A stretch of 64,000 bases of DNA from Candidatus Heimdallarchaeota archaeon. GTDB taxonomy: Archaea; Asgardarchaeota; Heimdallarchaeia; Heimdallarchaeales; Heimdallarchaeaceae. Below the pieces are notes generated by a model. It did not search any database. It saw only the letters and a program-made list of their open reading frames with translations, and had not been told where the DNA came from. Location: positions 1 through 64,000 of the forward strand of contig JAEOTE010000027.1 in the NCBI GenBank assembly GCA_016839945.1, given 5' to 3'. Numbering within the stretch: the stretch's first letter is position 1; every line of letters starts with the position of its first letter. Made by a program: the position numbers and the translations under genes. Below, in pieces: positions 19,039 through 28,089 of the stretch.

Positions 19039-20526
19039 CTAGTTCAATTTAGATTTTTTCTTACGAATTCTAGTAACTACAAACAGGAAAATACAAGCAC
19101 TAATTATCGTACTAAAGATTATGGTATATTCAGTAAGATTAAAGTCAATTTTAGCCAATTCAGGAACAATTGGAGGTTCTCCAAAATATTTGTAAAAAAC
19201 ATCATAGTCTGTTCCAGCACCTGCATAATCAGTCCAATCACTCCATGCTACATGAACAGTGCCATCAGAATTGATTGCAAGAGAAGGATTAACAGAAGAA
19301 CTAGTACTTTCTGTGGAAATGACTTCGGTAATGGTCCAAGAGGAGGAGGAAGCATTCCAACTCTTGTAGAAAATATCTACATCTGTTCCAGCTCCAGCAA
19401 AATTTGTATAATCGTACCAGACTATATGCACGTCCCCTGCAGAATCGACAGCAAGAGAAGGACGCTCCGAAAGAGCTGTACTTTCTGTTGACACAACTTC
19501 TGTTATAGTCCAGGAGGAGGAAGAAGCGTCCCAGTGTTTGTAGAAGATATCCGTATCTATTCCAGCTCCAGCATAATCAGTTTCATCATACCAAGCTATG
19601 TGAACATTTCCAGAACTATCGACAGCAAGAGAAGGATGATAAGAATGACCTGTACTTTCTGTTGACACAACTTCTGTTGTGGTCCAGGAGGAGGAGGAAG
19701 CATTCCATTGTTTGTAGAAAATATCAAAACTTGCCCCTGACCCATCCCACCACACTATATGGATATTACCAGAGGAGTCGATTGCAATTGAAGGATATAC
19801 AGAATAACCTACATTCCCTGAAGAAACGATTTCTGTTAAAGTCCACAAGGATAAGGAAGCATTCCAACTCTTGTAGAAAATATCATTATCTGTTCCAGCT
19901 CCAGCATAATCTGTTTGATCCTGCCATGCTATGTGTAAATTCCTAACAGAATCAGTGATGAGAGAAGGATTATAAGAGTAACCTGTACTCTCTGAAGAAA
20001 CGATTTCTGCAGTGGTCCAGGAGGAGGAGGAAGCGTTCCATTGTTTGTAGAAAATATCAGAGTCTGTTCCACTCCCAGCATAATTAGTATAATCGTACCA
20101 GACTATATGCACGTCCCCTGCAGAATCGACAGCAAGAGAAGGACGGATAGAATCATTTATACTTTCTGTGGACACGACTTCTGTAATGGTCCAGGAGGAG
20201 GAAGAAGCGTCCCAGCGCTTATAGAAAATATCATCTATTATTCCACTTCCAGCATAATCAGTAGTATCCTGCCAAGCTATGTGTATATTTCCTGCATTGT
20301 CAACAGCAAGAGAGGAGGAACCAGAATAATCCGTACTTTCTGTGGAAACAACTTCTGTTATGCTCCATTTCCAAGTAGTTCTATCAAAAGAATTTATGTT
20401 GTAATGGCTATTTTTTTCCTCTACCAGTGCTTTTACATTATTTACATTCAGAGAAGAAGTGTTTATTAAAAATCCTATAAGAATAATACTTGAAATCATA
20501 AAAAATCTCATTTTTTTCTTTTTCAT
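19039..20526 (-). CDS. Cell-surface protein with 7 tandem ~58-aa repeats (probable beta-propeller)
   Basis: N-terminal signal/TM; 7 repeats of WT.TEVVSTES...S..PSLAVDS.G.VHI.W.D.T.YAG.G.D.DIFYK.W.ASSSS; C-terminal TM and basic tail. Confidence 0.85.
   Translation of the reverse strand: MKKKKMRFFMISSIILIGFLINTSSLNVNNVKALVEEKNSHYNINSFDRTTWKWSITEVVSTESTDYSGSSSLAVDNAGNIHIAWQDTTDYAGSGIIDDIFYKRWDASSSSWTITEVVSTESINDSIRPSLAVDSAGDVHIVWYDYTNYAGSGTDSDIFYKQWNASSSSWTTAEIVSSESTGYSYNPSLITDSVRNLHIAWQDQTDYAGAGTDNDIFYKSWNASLSLWTLTEIVSSGNVGYSVYPSIAIDSSGNIHIVWWDGSGASFDIFYKQWNASSSSWTTTEVVSTESTGHSYHPSLAVDSSGNVHIAWYDETDYAGAGIDTDIFYKHWDASSSSWTITEVVSTESTALSERPSLAVDSAGDVHIVWYDYTNFAGAGTDVDIFYKSWNASSSSWTITEVISTESTSSSVNPSLAINSDGTVHVAWSDWTDYAGAGTDYDVFYKYFGEPPIVPELAKIDFNLTEYTIIFSTIISACIFLFVVTRIRKKKSKLN
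19190..20370 (-). repeat. Intragenic tandem repeat, ~174-bp unit x7 (unit 4 is 15 bp shorter); boundaries approximate
   Basis: Recurrent ccaggaggaggaagaagc and tactttctgt; exact 59-bp duplicate at 19406-19464 and 20087-20145. Confidence 0.9.
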
Positions 20527-20720
20527 ATTATCAAACCTATTTCATTATCAATTTCGAACATATTTATACGAAATTTATGAATCATGAACATTAAGTGTAA
20601 AAAATAAAAACTTTTTCCAGTCTTTTATAAGCAATTAAATTTTTGAAACCTAAATTTCTTCAACTTAATAATGCAATTCTGAAGAAAATCCAGCTTATTA
20701 GATATAAAGAAAAAAGTCGT

Positions 20721-22661
20721 CTACAATTCATCTAGTAAATTGTAGATTTCTTCATCTATGTTATTCAATCTTTCTTCTAATTCTTCAATCAGTTTTCTTT
20801 TACCTTCCATCGTTTCAAACAGATTATTCATTCTTTCTACATATTTCGCTCTTGTTTTTCCTTCGTCTCCTTCACTTATTAAAACTTCAATAGAAGAGGT
20901 TATACGTTGATACTCCTGATCAATTCTATTTAGATTTGATTGTTCAGTGTTTATTTGCTCATCAATTTGTTTTTTCTCTTTTCTAATCTGTTTGATTTTC
21001 TTCAAAATATCAACTTGTTTTTCTTTTAGTGTATCTAATTTCAAAAGGTCATCCAAGTAGTCATCAGAAATTGATGCTATTGAAACACTTTCAGATGTTT
21101 TTCTAAAGGTTGGAATCTCTATCTTTGTAAGAGATTTAGGTTCTACATCTATTTTTGCTCTGAAATAGTTTGGAGTTTCTTTTGTATCAACTTTTATTTT
21201 CTTTTTATCTATTTCATAATCATACATTTTTGGAACTTCACAGATTACTGTTTTTTCCTCATCGCATTTATTGTCGATTTCCAATTTGTATTTTTTATTG
21301 TTAATATAGGTTTCAACATAGTATTGACCTGATAGAGATATACCTATTTTCTTTGACATAGATGTTTCTTCTTGTTTAACAACTATATCTTGTTCAACTA
21401 AATAAGGTACTATTTGTTTTTCTCCTTTTGGAACTCGCTTTAGCATAGCTTCTCCAGCATATTCACCTAAATCATAGATAGTTACTGGTCCTTCTTCCCA
21501 TCCATAGCTGGTTATGTTTTCTATTTCAATTGCTTTGAATGGATGAGTTGCATGTTGCTGTTGATTATAGATATTGATTGTTTCTTTTGGAATATCCATA
21601 GAATTAAGCAATAACAAAGCTGATTCCCCTTTCTTAATTGATACAGGCTGTTTTAAGCTAAAGGAAACACTCTCTGTAGTAGTTATAATTTCAGCTGATT
21701 CTGCAGCTCCAACTGCATATTCATAAGGTTCCTCTTCCATATCCATATCAGCTACACTTGCAAAAGCTCTAGCTCGCTTTGCTTTCTTCATCGGTGCCCC
21801 TGCTACAGCAGCTGCCATTGGAGGTGGTGCAGCTCTTAAAGCTTCTTTATATTCTGCTTCAGGTGTCATTACACTTATTCCCATTTGTTTCGGTCTTTGA
21901 ACAAAAGGACGATCGATAATCCAGGGTGAACTGATATCATATCTGAACGAGATTGGTAATCCAGTGATAAGTTTCATATTAGCATCTATCCAGTCTTGTT
22001 GTGAGTTATTTGTTACTAAACTCCACAATTCGAAAACAGCGTTTTCTTTATCAAGTGAATAAATTCTATATGAAGATTGCCAAGCTGGAAGTTCTGTTAG
22101 ATAAGAAACATTAACTACTTTTTCTCCTTCTTCCGTAAAGGAAATTTTCAGATTTTTTACATCCTCTTTCTTACTTTTTACCAGTATTTCTAATTGATCT
22201 TCAAGCGTTTTTTGAAAGAATTCTTCAATTGGAACAACGTGTTTGATCTCATTTGAATCAAGGTGAAGAATTTGAGAATTTGCATCAACCAAAATAACTT
22301 CAAGTTTGGTTACTTCTTCACTTTCAGATTCTAGATATTGATAACCTACTAATTGTCCTTTTACAGTCTGTCCATCTTTAGTAGTTATATCAACTTTTGA
22401 GCCGGAAAGAACATCTAGAATTGAAGTAAATGCTTCACCTTCGTAATCAATCTCAAGATCTTTCATAATATCAGTGTCAAATGCAATAGATGAAAGCAGA
22501 GCTTCCCCTTCAATTTCTACTTTGAAGGTTTTAAGGAAATCATTTTGATTTTTAACTAGAACTGGAAATAACACTTCTTTTTCACTAAAAGAAGCATTGG
22601 ATTTAAGCCATCCCACACCCATCTTATATAATATTACCTCATTAACTTCAAAAACTACCAT
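20721..22661 (-). CDS. DUF4139/DUF4140-type protein with C-terminal coiled coil
   Basis: VILYKMGVG, SYLTELPAWQSSYRI, VTNNSQQDW, LITG.P, F.LKQPVSIKKGESALL, HPF, EGPVTIY. Confidence 0.75.
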   Translation of the reverse strand: MVVFEVNEVILYKMGVGWLKSNASFSEKEVLFPVLVKNQNDFLKTFKVEIEGEALLSSIAFDTDIMKDLEIDYEGEAFTSILDVLSGSKVDITTKDGQTVKGQLVGYQYLESESEEVTKLEVILVDANSQILHLDSNEIKHVVPIEEFFQKTLEDQLEILVKSKKEDVKNLKISFTEEGEKVVNVSYLTELPAWQSSYRIYSLDKENAVFELWSLVTNNSQQDWIDANMKLITGLPISFRYDISSPWIIDRPFVQRPKQMGISVMTPEAEYKEALRAAPPPMAAAVAGAPMKKAKRARAFASVADMDMEEEPYEYAVGAAESAEIITTTESVSFSLKQPVSIKKGESALLLLNSMDIPKETINIYNQQQHATHPFKAIEIENITSYGWEEGPVTIYDLGEYAGEAMLKRVPKGEKQIVPYLVEQDIVVKQEETSMSKKIGISLSGQYYVETYINNKKYKLEIDNKCDEEKTVICEVPKMYDYEIDKKKIKVDTKETPNYFRAKIDVEPKSLTKIEIPTFRKTSESVSIASISDDYLDDLLKLDTLKEKQVDILKKIKQIRKEKKQIDEQINTEQSNLNRIDQEYQRITSSIEVLISEGDEGKTRAKYVERMNNLFETMEGKRKLIEELEERLNNIDEEIYNLLDEL

Positions 22662-22700
22662 TATAATCAAAAATTAATATGCTTGGTTTGACTTAAAACC

Positions 22701-23543
22701 TTATTGTTGCGATTCTATTTTATTAACAAAATCTTCTACATACTTAGTAATTTTTGCTTCTTTACCAGCATAAACTCTATGTACATCTCCCATGTTGACT
22801 ATTTCCGATTTGGGATGGTAGTGAACAAATTTCATTGATTTTTCAGCTTTAATAAACCAATCACCTTCTCCATAGAAAATTATCTGAGGAACATCTAACT
22901 CTTTTTCTCTGCCTCTAATATCATAACCAAAAAAGAATTCAAAAAGAAAACGGAAGAGAGGATATAAATCGTTTTTAGTAAATTTATCTTTTGAGTACTT
23001 CAAATTTTTCATTTCATTTGGACTTTTAATTCTTAAATAGAGCATTAAGAAGAAGAAGATTATTTTATAAGCTAACCATAGAAGCGGCCAAGGTAAAAAC
23101 CTTAACAACATAAACCACCACTTTGTGTCGTTTTTCGCACTTGGACTTGCAGCTAAGAAAGCAATAGGTTTTGGACCAAGTTTTTCGAGGAAGTATAGGT
23201 AACCAATATTGATCCCTGAGCAACTTCCCCAAAGATAAAATTGAGAATCTTTTAAATCATAATGTTTGATTATCTTTGCAAGCTCTTCTATAATAAATTT
23301 AGGTTTGTAAATTCCTCTTTTGCGAGGACCATTTGATTTTCCATGCCCTCTTGGCTCATAAACAATTATACTAGCAAATTGTTGAAATTGTTGTACTAAA
23401 GGCATTATACCTTCAAAATTTCCTAACCAGCCAAGAATTATGAGTATAATTCTATCTTTGTATTTCTCATTTTTGCAAGGAAAGAATGCATGATGTATTC
23501 TAATAAGCGGTTTTTCTGAGACAACAATAAAATTATCATGCAT
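22701..23543 (-). CDS. Alpha/beta hydrolase, G-S-C-x-G family (copy 2)
   Basis: LGWLG, YEPRGHGKS, WGSCSG, EGDWF, HRV. ATG at 23543 aligns with the paralogue starts. Confidence 0.85.
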   Translation of the reverse strand: MHDNFIVVSEKPLIRIHHAFFPCKNEKYKDRIILIILGWLGNFEGIMPLVQQFQQFASIIVYEPRGHGKSNGPRKRGIYKPKFIIEELAKIIKHYDLKDSQFYLWGSCSGINIGYLYFLEKLGPKPIAFLAASPSAKNDTKWWFMLLRFLPWPLLWLAYKIIFFFLMLYLRIKSPNEMKNLKYSKDKFTKNDLYPLFRFLFEFFFGYDIRGREKELDVPQIIFYGEGDWFIKAEKSMKFVHYHPKSEIVNMGDVHRVYAGKEAKITKYVEDFVNKIESQQ

Positions 23544-23625
23544 TTTTGAAAGTTTATTTATCATATAAATAAGTATATTGTAAGAAACATTAACGAATCA
23601 TAATTTAATTAATTCTTAGATTTTA

Positions 23626-24465
23626 TTAATGCGATTCTATTCTTTCAATGAATTTCTCTACATATTCAGCGACTTTTTCTTCATTTCCAGCATAAACTCT
23701 ATGTACATCACCCATGTTTACAAGTTCTGAATCAGGATGATATTGAGCTAATTTCACAGAATTTTCAGGTTTAGTGAACCAATCACCTTCAGAGTATAAA
23801 ATAATTTGAGGAATATCCAATTCCTCTTCTCTACCTCTAATATCATAATCATGTATGAATTCGAAAAGAAAACGAAATAAAGGATATAAATCCATATTAG
23901 CAATTCTGCCTTTTGATTTTTTTAGGTTTCTCTGTTCATCTGGATTTTTTATTCTTAAATAAACATTTAATGAGAAAAAAATAAACTTATAAGTTAGCCA
24001 CAGAAGTGGATAGGGTAATATTTTAAGTATGTTAAACCACCATTTAGTGTTATTTTTATAATCGGGACTTGCAGCGAGAAAAGCTTTTGGTTTAGGACCA
24101 AGTTTTTCAATATGGTATAAATATCCAATTTCAATTCCAGCACAGCTCCCCCAAATATAAAATTGGGAATCTTTTAATTGATATTGTTCGATAATTTTAG
24201 CAAATTCCTCTGATATGATCGTAGGACCATAAATTCCTCTCTTATGCGGTTTACTTGATTTTCCATACCCTCTTGGATCATATGATATTATATTTGCAAA
24301 TTGCTGAAATTGTTCTATTAATGGTAATATACCTTCAATGTTTCCCAGCCAACCAGGGATCATAACAATAAATCTATTTTTGTGCTTTTCTTCTTTACAT
24401 TCGAAGAAAACATGACGTAGTTTTATGAAAGGTTTTTCAGAAATGGTAATATAGTTTTCTTCCAT
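23626..24465 (-). CDS. Alpha/beta hydrolase, G-S-C-x-G family (copy 3)
   Basis: PGWLG, YDPRGYGKS, WGSCAG, EGDWF, HRV. Confidence 0.85.
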   Translation of the reverse strand: MEENYITISEKPFIKLRHVFFECKEEKHKNRFIVMIPGWLGNIEGILPLIEQFQQFANIISYDPRGYGKSSKPHKRGIYGPTIISEEFAKIIEQYQLKDSQFYIWGSCAGIEIGYLYHIEKLGPKPKAFLAASPDYKNNTKWWFNILKILPYPLLWLTYKFIFFSLNVYLRIKNPDEQRNLKKSKGRIANMDLYPLFRFLFEFIHDYDIRGREEELDIPQIILYSEGDWFTKPENSVKLAQYHPDSELVNMGDVHRVYAGNEEKVAEYVEKFIERIESH

Positions 24466-24507
24466 CACATCTAATTCGTTTTATTTGTAATAAACTTATT
24501 CCATAAT

Positions 24508-25338
24508 TTATAAAGCTTGTAAATATTGATTAATATGATTTACAATATCATCTTCGTTTCCATCTATGAACCTATGAGCTTTACTATACTTTACAAGCTT
24601 TGATTTTGGATGGAATTGTGCTAAGTTCTCTGATTCTTTGGGTTTTGAGAACCAATCTTTATCTGCATAGAATATTAATTGAGGGACTCCTATCCCATCC
24701 TCTTTTCCTCGTATATCATATTTATGTATAAATTCTAGGATAATTCTGGCTTGCACATAGAAATCTAGTTCATAAAATCTCTCCATTGAATAATCAAAAT
24801 TTTTTATATCTTCTGGACTTTGTTTGTTCAAATACATCTTAAAAATGATTTTATATATTTTATAAGCAGCCCATAAGATGGGGTAGGGTAAATAATTTAC
24901 AATGCTAAACCATCTAAAAGTATAATGTTTAGAAGCAGTACTCACAGCCAAGATAGCTTTAGGTTTTGGACCTTTATTGTCAATGCAATATTGATAAGCT
25001 ATTTCTGCACCAACACAGCTCCCCCAAATAAAATATTCATCTTCTTTTAATTGATAATGTTTTACAATTTCAGAAAGATCATCTGCATAACAAATTGGTT
25101 TATACAATCCTCGTTTTCTTGGTCCTGAGGATTTACCAAATCCTCGTGGTTCAAACATAATTACATTCGAAATTTCTTGGAAGGCTTTAACTAAAGGCAA
25201 TCTCCTATCAATACTACTTAACCAACCAGGTATTAGAAGTATAGTTCTATTTTTGTATTCCTCATTAGTTGTAGGAAAAAAAGAATGTCTTAGGACTATT
25301 AGTGGTTTTTCTGAAACTGTTAGATATTTCTCTTCCAT
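24508..25338 (-). CDS. Alpha/beta hydrolase, G-S-C-x-G family (copy 4)
   Basis: PGWLS, FEPRGFGKS, WGSCVG, DKDWF, HRF. Confidence 0.85.
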   Translation of the reverse strand: MEEKYLTVSEKPLIVLRHSFFPTTNEEYKNRTILLIPGWLSSIDRRLPLVKAFQEISNVIMFEPRGFGKSSGPRKRGLYKPICYADDLSEIVKHYQLKEDEYFIWGSCVGAEIAYQYCIDNKGPKPKAILAVSTASKHYTFRWFSIVNYLPYPILWAAYKIYKIIFKMYLNKQSPEDIKNFDYSMERFYELDFYVQARIILEFIHKYDIRGKEDGIGVPQLIFYADKDWFSKPKESENLAQFHPKSKLVKYSKAHRFIDGNEDDIVNHINQYLQAL

Positions 25339-25477
25339 CCATTTGTGTGTAATATAGTTAATTAATAAATCATTCTTTCTAACTAACTGAAAATATAGCT
25401 GACAATAATATAATAATATACGTTAAAAATTTTCTTTAAATTAAATTTATATATTACACAAGTTTATTTCTAATATT

Positions 25478-26347
25478 ATGAAAGTTAAAATCTTCACAGA
25501 AGTAACTACTTTTATCCCTGATGAGTTAGCAAAAGAATACAATATAGATTTCGTAGAGTTTTCTTTGTTAATTGACGGAAAATCTTACAAAGAAAAATCA
25601 GAGATTAATAGAGAAGAATTCATCAACACCATGAATGAGATGGACCCTTATCCAACTTCAAGCATGGCAAATCCAAACGAATATTTGGAAGCTTTTCAGA
25701 AAGCTGAAAATGAAGGATATGAAGAAATTCTATATATTGGGATTACCACTAATCTTTCTCAATCTCAAAATTCAGCTAAAATTGCATCCAAACAGATTAA
25801 GAAGGCTAAAGTTACTATATATGATAGTGAGATAATGGGTGCTTGTCAAGGAATCTTGGCTTTATCAGCTGCACATCTTTTTCAGAAAGGAAAATCAATG
25901 GATGAGGTCATTAAGCATCTTGATTCGATTAAAGAAATAACTTATGGTGCTGGATTATCCTCAAGTTTTGAAGTCTTATTTAAAACTGGTAGAGTTAAGA
26001 AAGGAGTAGCAATTTCAGCTATTTCCACAATTATGAGATTAAAACCTATGTATGAATTCAATTATGAGAAAGGAATAACAAGTTTGGGAGGAGGAAGAGG
26101 TTACAAAGGTGCAATCAAAATCTTGATAGAAAATTTCCTTGAGAAAACAGATGAAAACTTGGACTACATTCTAATTATGGGTGATGTCATTAATCCTGAT
26201 CTAATGAAAAAAGTAGAAGCAGAAATAAAGAAAATAAGAAAAATTAAGGAAACATTCTATTGGCCTGTAACAGCAATGGCTGCACATACTTTAGGAAAAG
26301 GTTGTGTTGTTGCTGTTATTGGTCCGTCATGGGAAGTAGAACTGTAA
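25478..26347 (+). CDS. DegV/FakB family fatty-acid-binding protein (copy 2)
   Basis: P.ELAKEYNI, PTSS, TTNLSQS, YDSE, KTGRV, LKP, AAHTLGKG. Confidence 0.88.
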   Translation: MKVKIFTEVTTFIPDELAKEYNIDFVEFSLLIDGKSYKEKSEINREEFINTMNEMDPYPTSSMANPNEYLEAFQKAENEGYEEILYIGITTNLSQSQNSAKIASKQIKKAKVTIYDSEIMGACQGILALSAAHLFQKGKSMDEVIKHLDSIKEITYGAGLSSSFEVLFKTGRVKKGVAISAISTIMRLKPMYEFNYEKGITSLGGGRGYKGAIKILIENFLEKTDENLDYILIMGDVINPDLMKKVEAEIKKIRKIKETFYWPVTAMAAHTLGKGCVVAVIGPSWEVEL

Positions 26348-26352
26348 TTTAT

Positions 26353-27414
26353 TTAGCCTGAACCTTGGCTAAGTAAAATATTTCTTAATTCTAAAATATC
26401 ATTTAATATAAGATAAATTGCATTATCCAAAGAACGGAAAATATCACTTATTGAAACTATTAGCTTGAGATTCTTTCTCCTTTCTGCTTCATTAAATAAG
26501 GATTTCTTAATATTCAATTCCAATTCCTCCGCTCTTTCTATTGTAACAAAGAAGTATCTTGCAGTTGGATCATTTTCTCTCAATTCATCAATATTCTTGA
26601 TATGCCTAGAAGTAGTTTCAGCATCTTCACATGAAGCCAGATAAATATAGTAATCCATTTCTCTAAAGAAGTCCTTTCCTGCAATTTCTTCGAGGTCAAA
26701 TAATAGTGTTAAGACTATTCTCATAAAATATGTGTCAATTCTTGTTATGTACTCGTTTCTATCCAACTGATAGATGAAATCTATATTTTGATACTGAAAA
26801 AGTGCTTGAATTATAATATTATATGCGAGAGAATCTGAGGTTATAATACCTATTTTTGTTCTTCTGTTCAACAGATGTGAGATTTGTTGTATTGTGTTGA
26901 ATCTTGATGCAATTTCTCGAACAATTTCTTCAATAGTTTTTGATCTGATTTGTTCATCAAGAATAACATTTTCAGTTAACGATTCACCTAGATACAATAA
27001 CATTTCATCTGAAATCTCTTGAACATCATCAAATTGTTGTAAGAAACCTTCAATTGTTGTATAAATTTGATTATGTCCAAATTTCACTTTTTGATCACAT
27101 TGTTTGTCATAGAAGATTAATATTTGACACATTGCTGATTCATTATTGAAAAGAAGGCGTTGATCCTTTATTTGAGAATCAGGTTTTTTAAAAGATACAA
27201 TTAACAGATGATATAATGGAAAATGAGGTATTGGTAGAGGTCCATAGATTTCTAGGTGGGGGGAAGAAGCAGAAATCACTGGACTGTAAAAATTCCCAAT
27301 TCCCATAATTTCCTCACTTGGTATATCAGGAATAGGTATTGAGCTACGTAAAGACATCCCAGCGTCATCTAAAACGAGTAAAGAGATGTAAGGTATGAAT
27401 AAATTAGATGACAT
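26353..27414 (-). CDS. Longin/uDENN-like N-terminal domain plus degenerate small-GTPase-like domain
   Basis: Shares (I/L)(Y/F)GP(L/F)P, SF...D...KD.R with 50630..51637. The C-terminal half follows GTPase topology (KIGII; FFREMDYYIYLAS) but has no GxxxxGKS/T. Confidence 0.5.
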   Translation of the reverse strand: MSSNLFIPYISLLVLDDAGMSLRSSIPIPDIPSEEIMGIGNFYSPVISASSPHLEIYGPLPIPHFPLYHLLIVSFKKPDSQIKDQRLLFNNESAMCQILIFYDKQCDQKVKFGHNQIYTTIEGFLQQFDDVQEISDEMLLYLGESLTENVILDEQIRSKTIEEIVREIASRFNTIQQISHLLNRRTKIGIITSDSLAYNIIIQALFQYQNIDFIYQLDRNEYITRIDTYFMRIVLTLLFDLEEIAGKDFFREMDYYIYLASCEDAETTSRHIKNIDELRENDPTARYFFVTIERAEELELNIKKSLFNEAERRKNLKLIVSISDIFRSLDNAIYLILNDILELRNILLSQGSG

Positions 27415-27476
27415 TTCAATCAGATTACTAATATTTGTTGATTTATTAAGAATTACATGAAATAAAAATCATTTCC

Positions 27477-27983
27477 TTAAGGCTTATTGACAGCTTTATA
27501 ATCTGCATAAATTTTTTCAAGCTCTACTCTTCTCTTATTGGGATTTCTTTCTATTAGTGCTTCTAGAAAACAGAATATTGAAAGAAGTCTACATAAGCGA
27601 ATCAAATGATAGCCAATTTTAACGGATTCTACAATTATTGTATCTTCTGGAACCATAAACAAAATACTTTGTTCCCAATAAGTTGTATCAGTGAGAAAAA
27701 CATTAACAGATAGTTCCATCGCAAAAGACATTCCAATTGCAATAACAATGAGAATCAATCTAATCCATCTTAAATCTGTTCTTCTTATTACCTTGATTCC
27801 TTCTAACCATTTAACATCATGAGTTGTTACAATCAAAGTGCATGTTAAGAAAATCCAGAGAGGAGGTGATTCTGATAGATCAATCCAAGTTGAAACATAA
27901 TCTTCAATGAGAAGAACAGGAGATAGTAAGCTAAGAAAGGCAATAACAAATGAAAGAAAGGAAAGCGACGATGATAATCTCAT
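27477..27983 (-). CDS. Small 4-TM membrane protein
   Basis: Four hydrophobic segments; no recognised motif. Confidence 0.65.
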   Translation of the reverse strand: MRLSSSLSFLSFVIAFLSLLSPVLLIEDYVSTWIDLSESPPLWIFLTCTLIVTTHDVKWLEGIKVIRRTDLRWIRLILIVIAIGMSFAMELSVNVFLTDTTYWEQSILFMVPEDTIIVESVKIGYHLIRLCRLLSIFCFLEALIERNPNKRRVELEKIYADYKAVNKP

Positions 27984-28089
27984 TATTCATGATAGTCTGG
28001 AAGAATTTATATAGTTTTGTTTTTACTTTCAAGTTTCATAAAGTCAATACTCCGCAAACTTATATACAAGAAAGAAAAAATTTTTCCAG

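Noticed and set aside
19190-20370. CRISPR array or DGR template/variable repeat
   Set aside because: The units are in-frame 174-bp coding repeats without unique spacers. Differences are not adenine-specific, and there is no cas or reverse transcriptase gene in the window.
18976-20469. Plus-strand repetitive ORFs (18976-19491, 19662-19946, 20041-20469)
   Set aside because: These are antisense shadows of the GC-richer repeat gene; the minus-strand ORF has a coherent signal-repeat-TM architecture.
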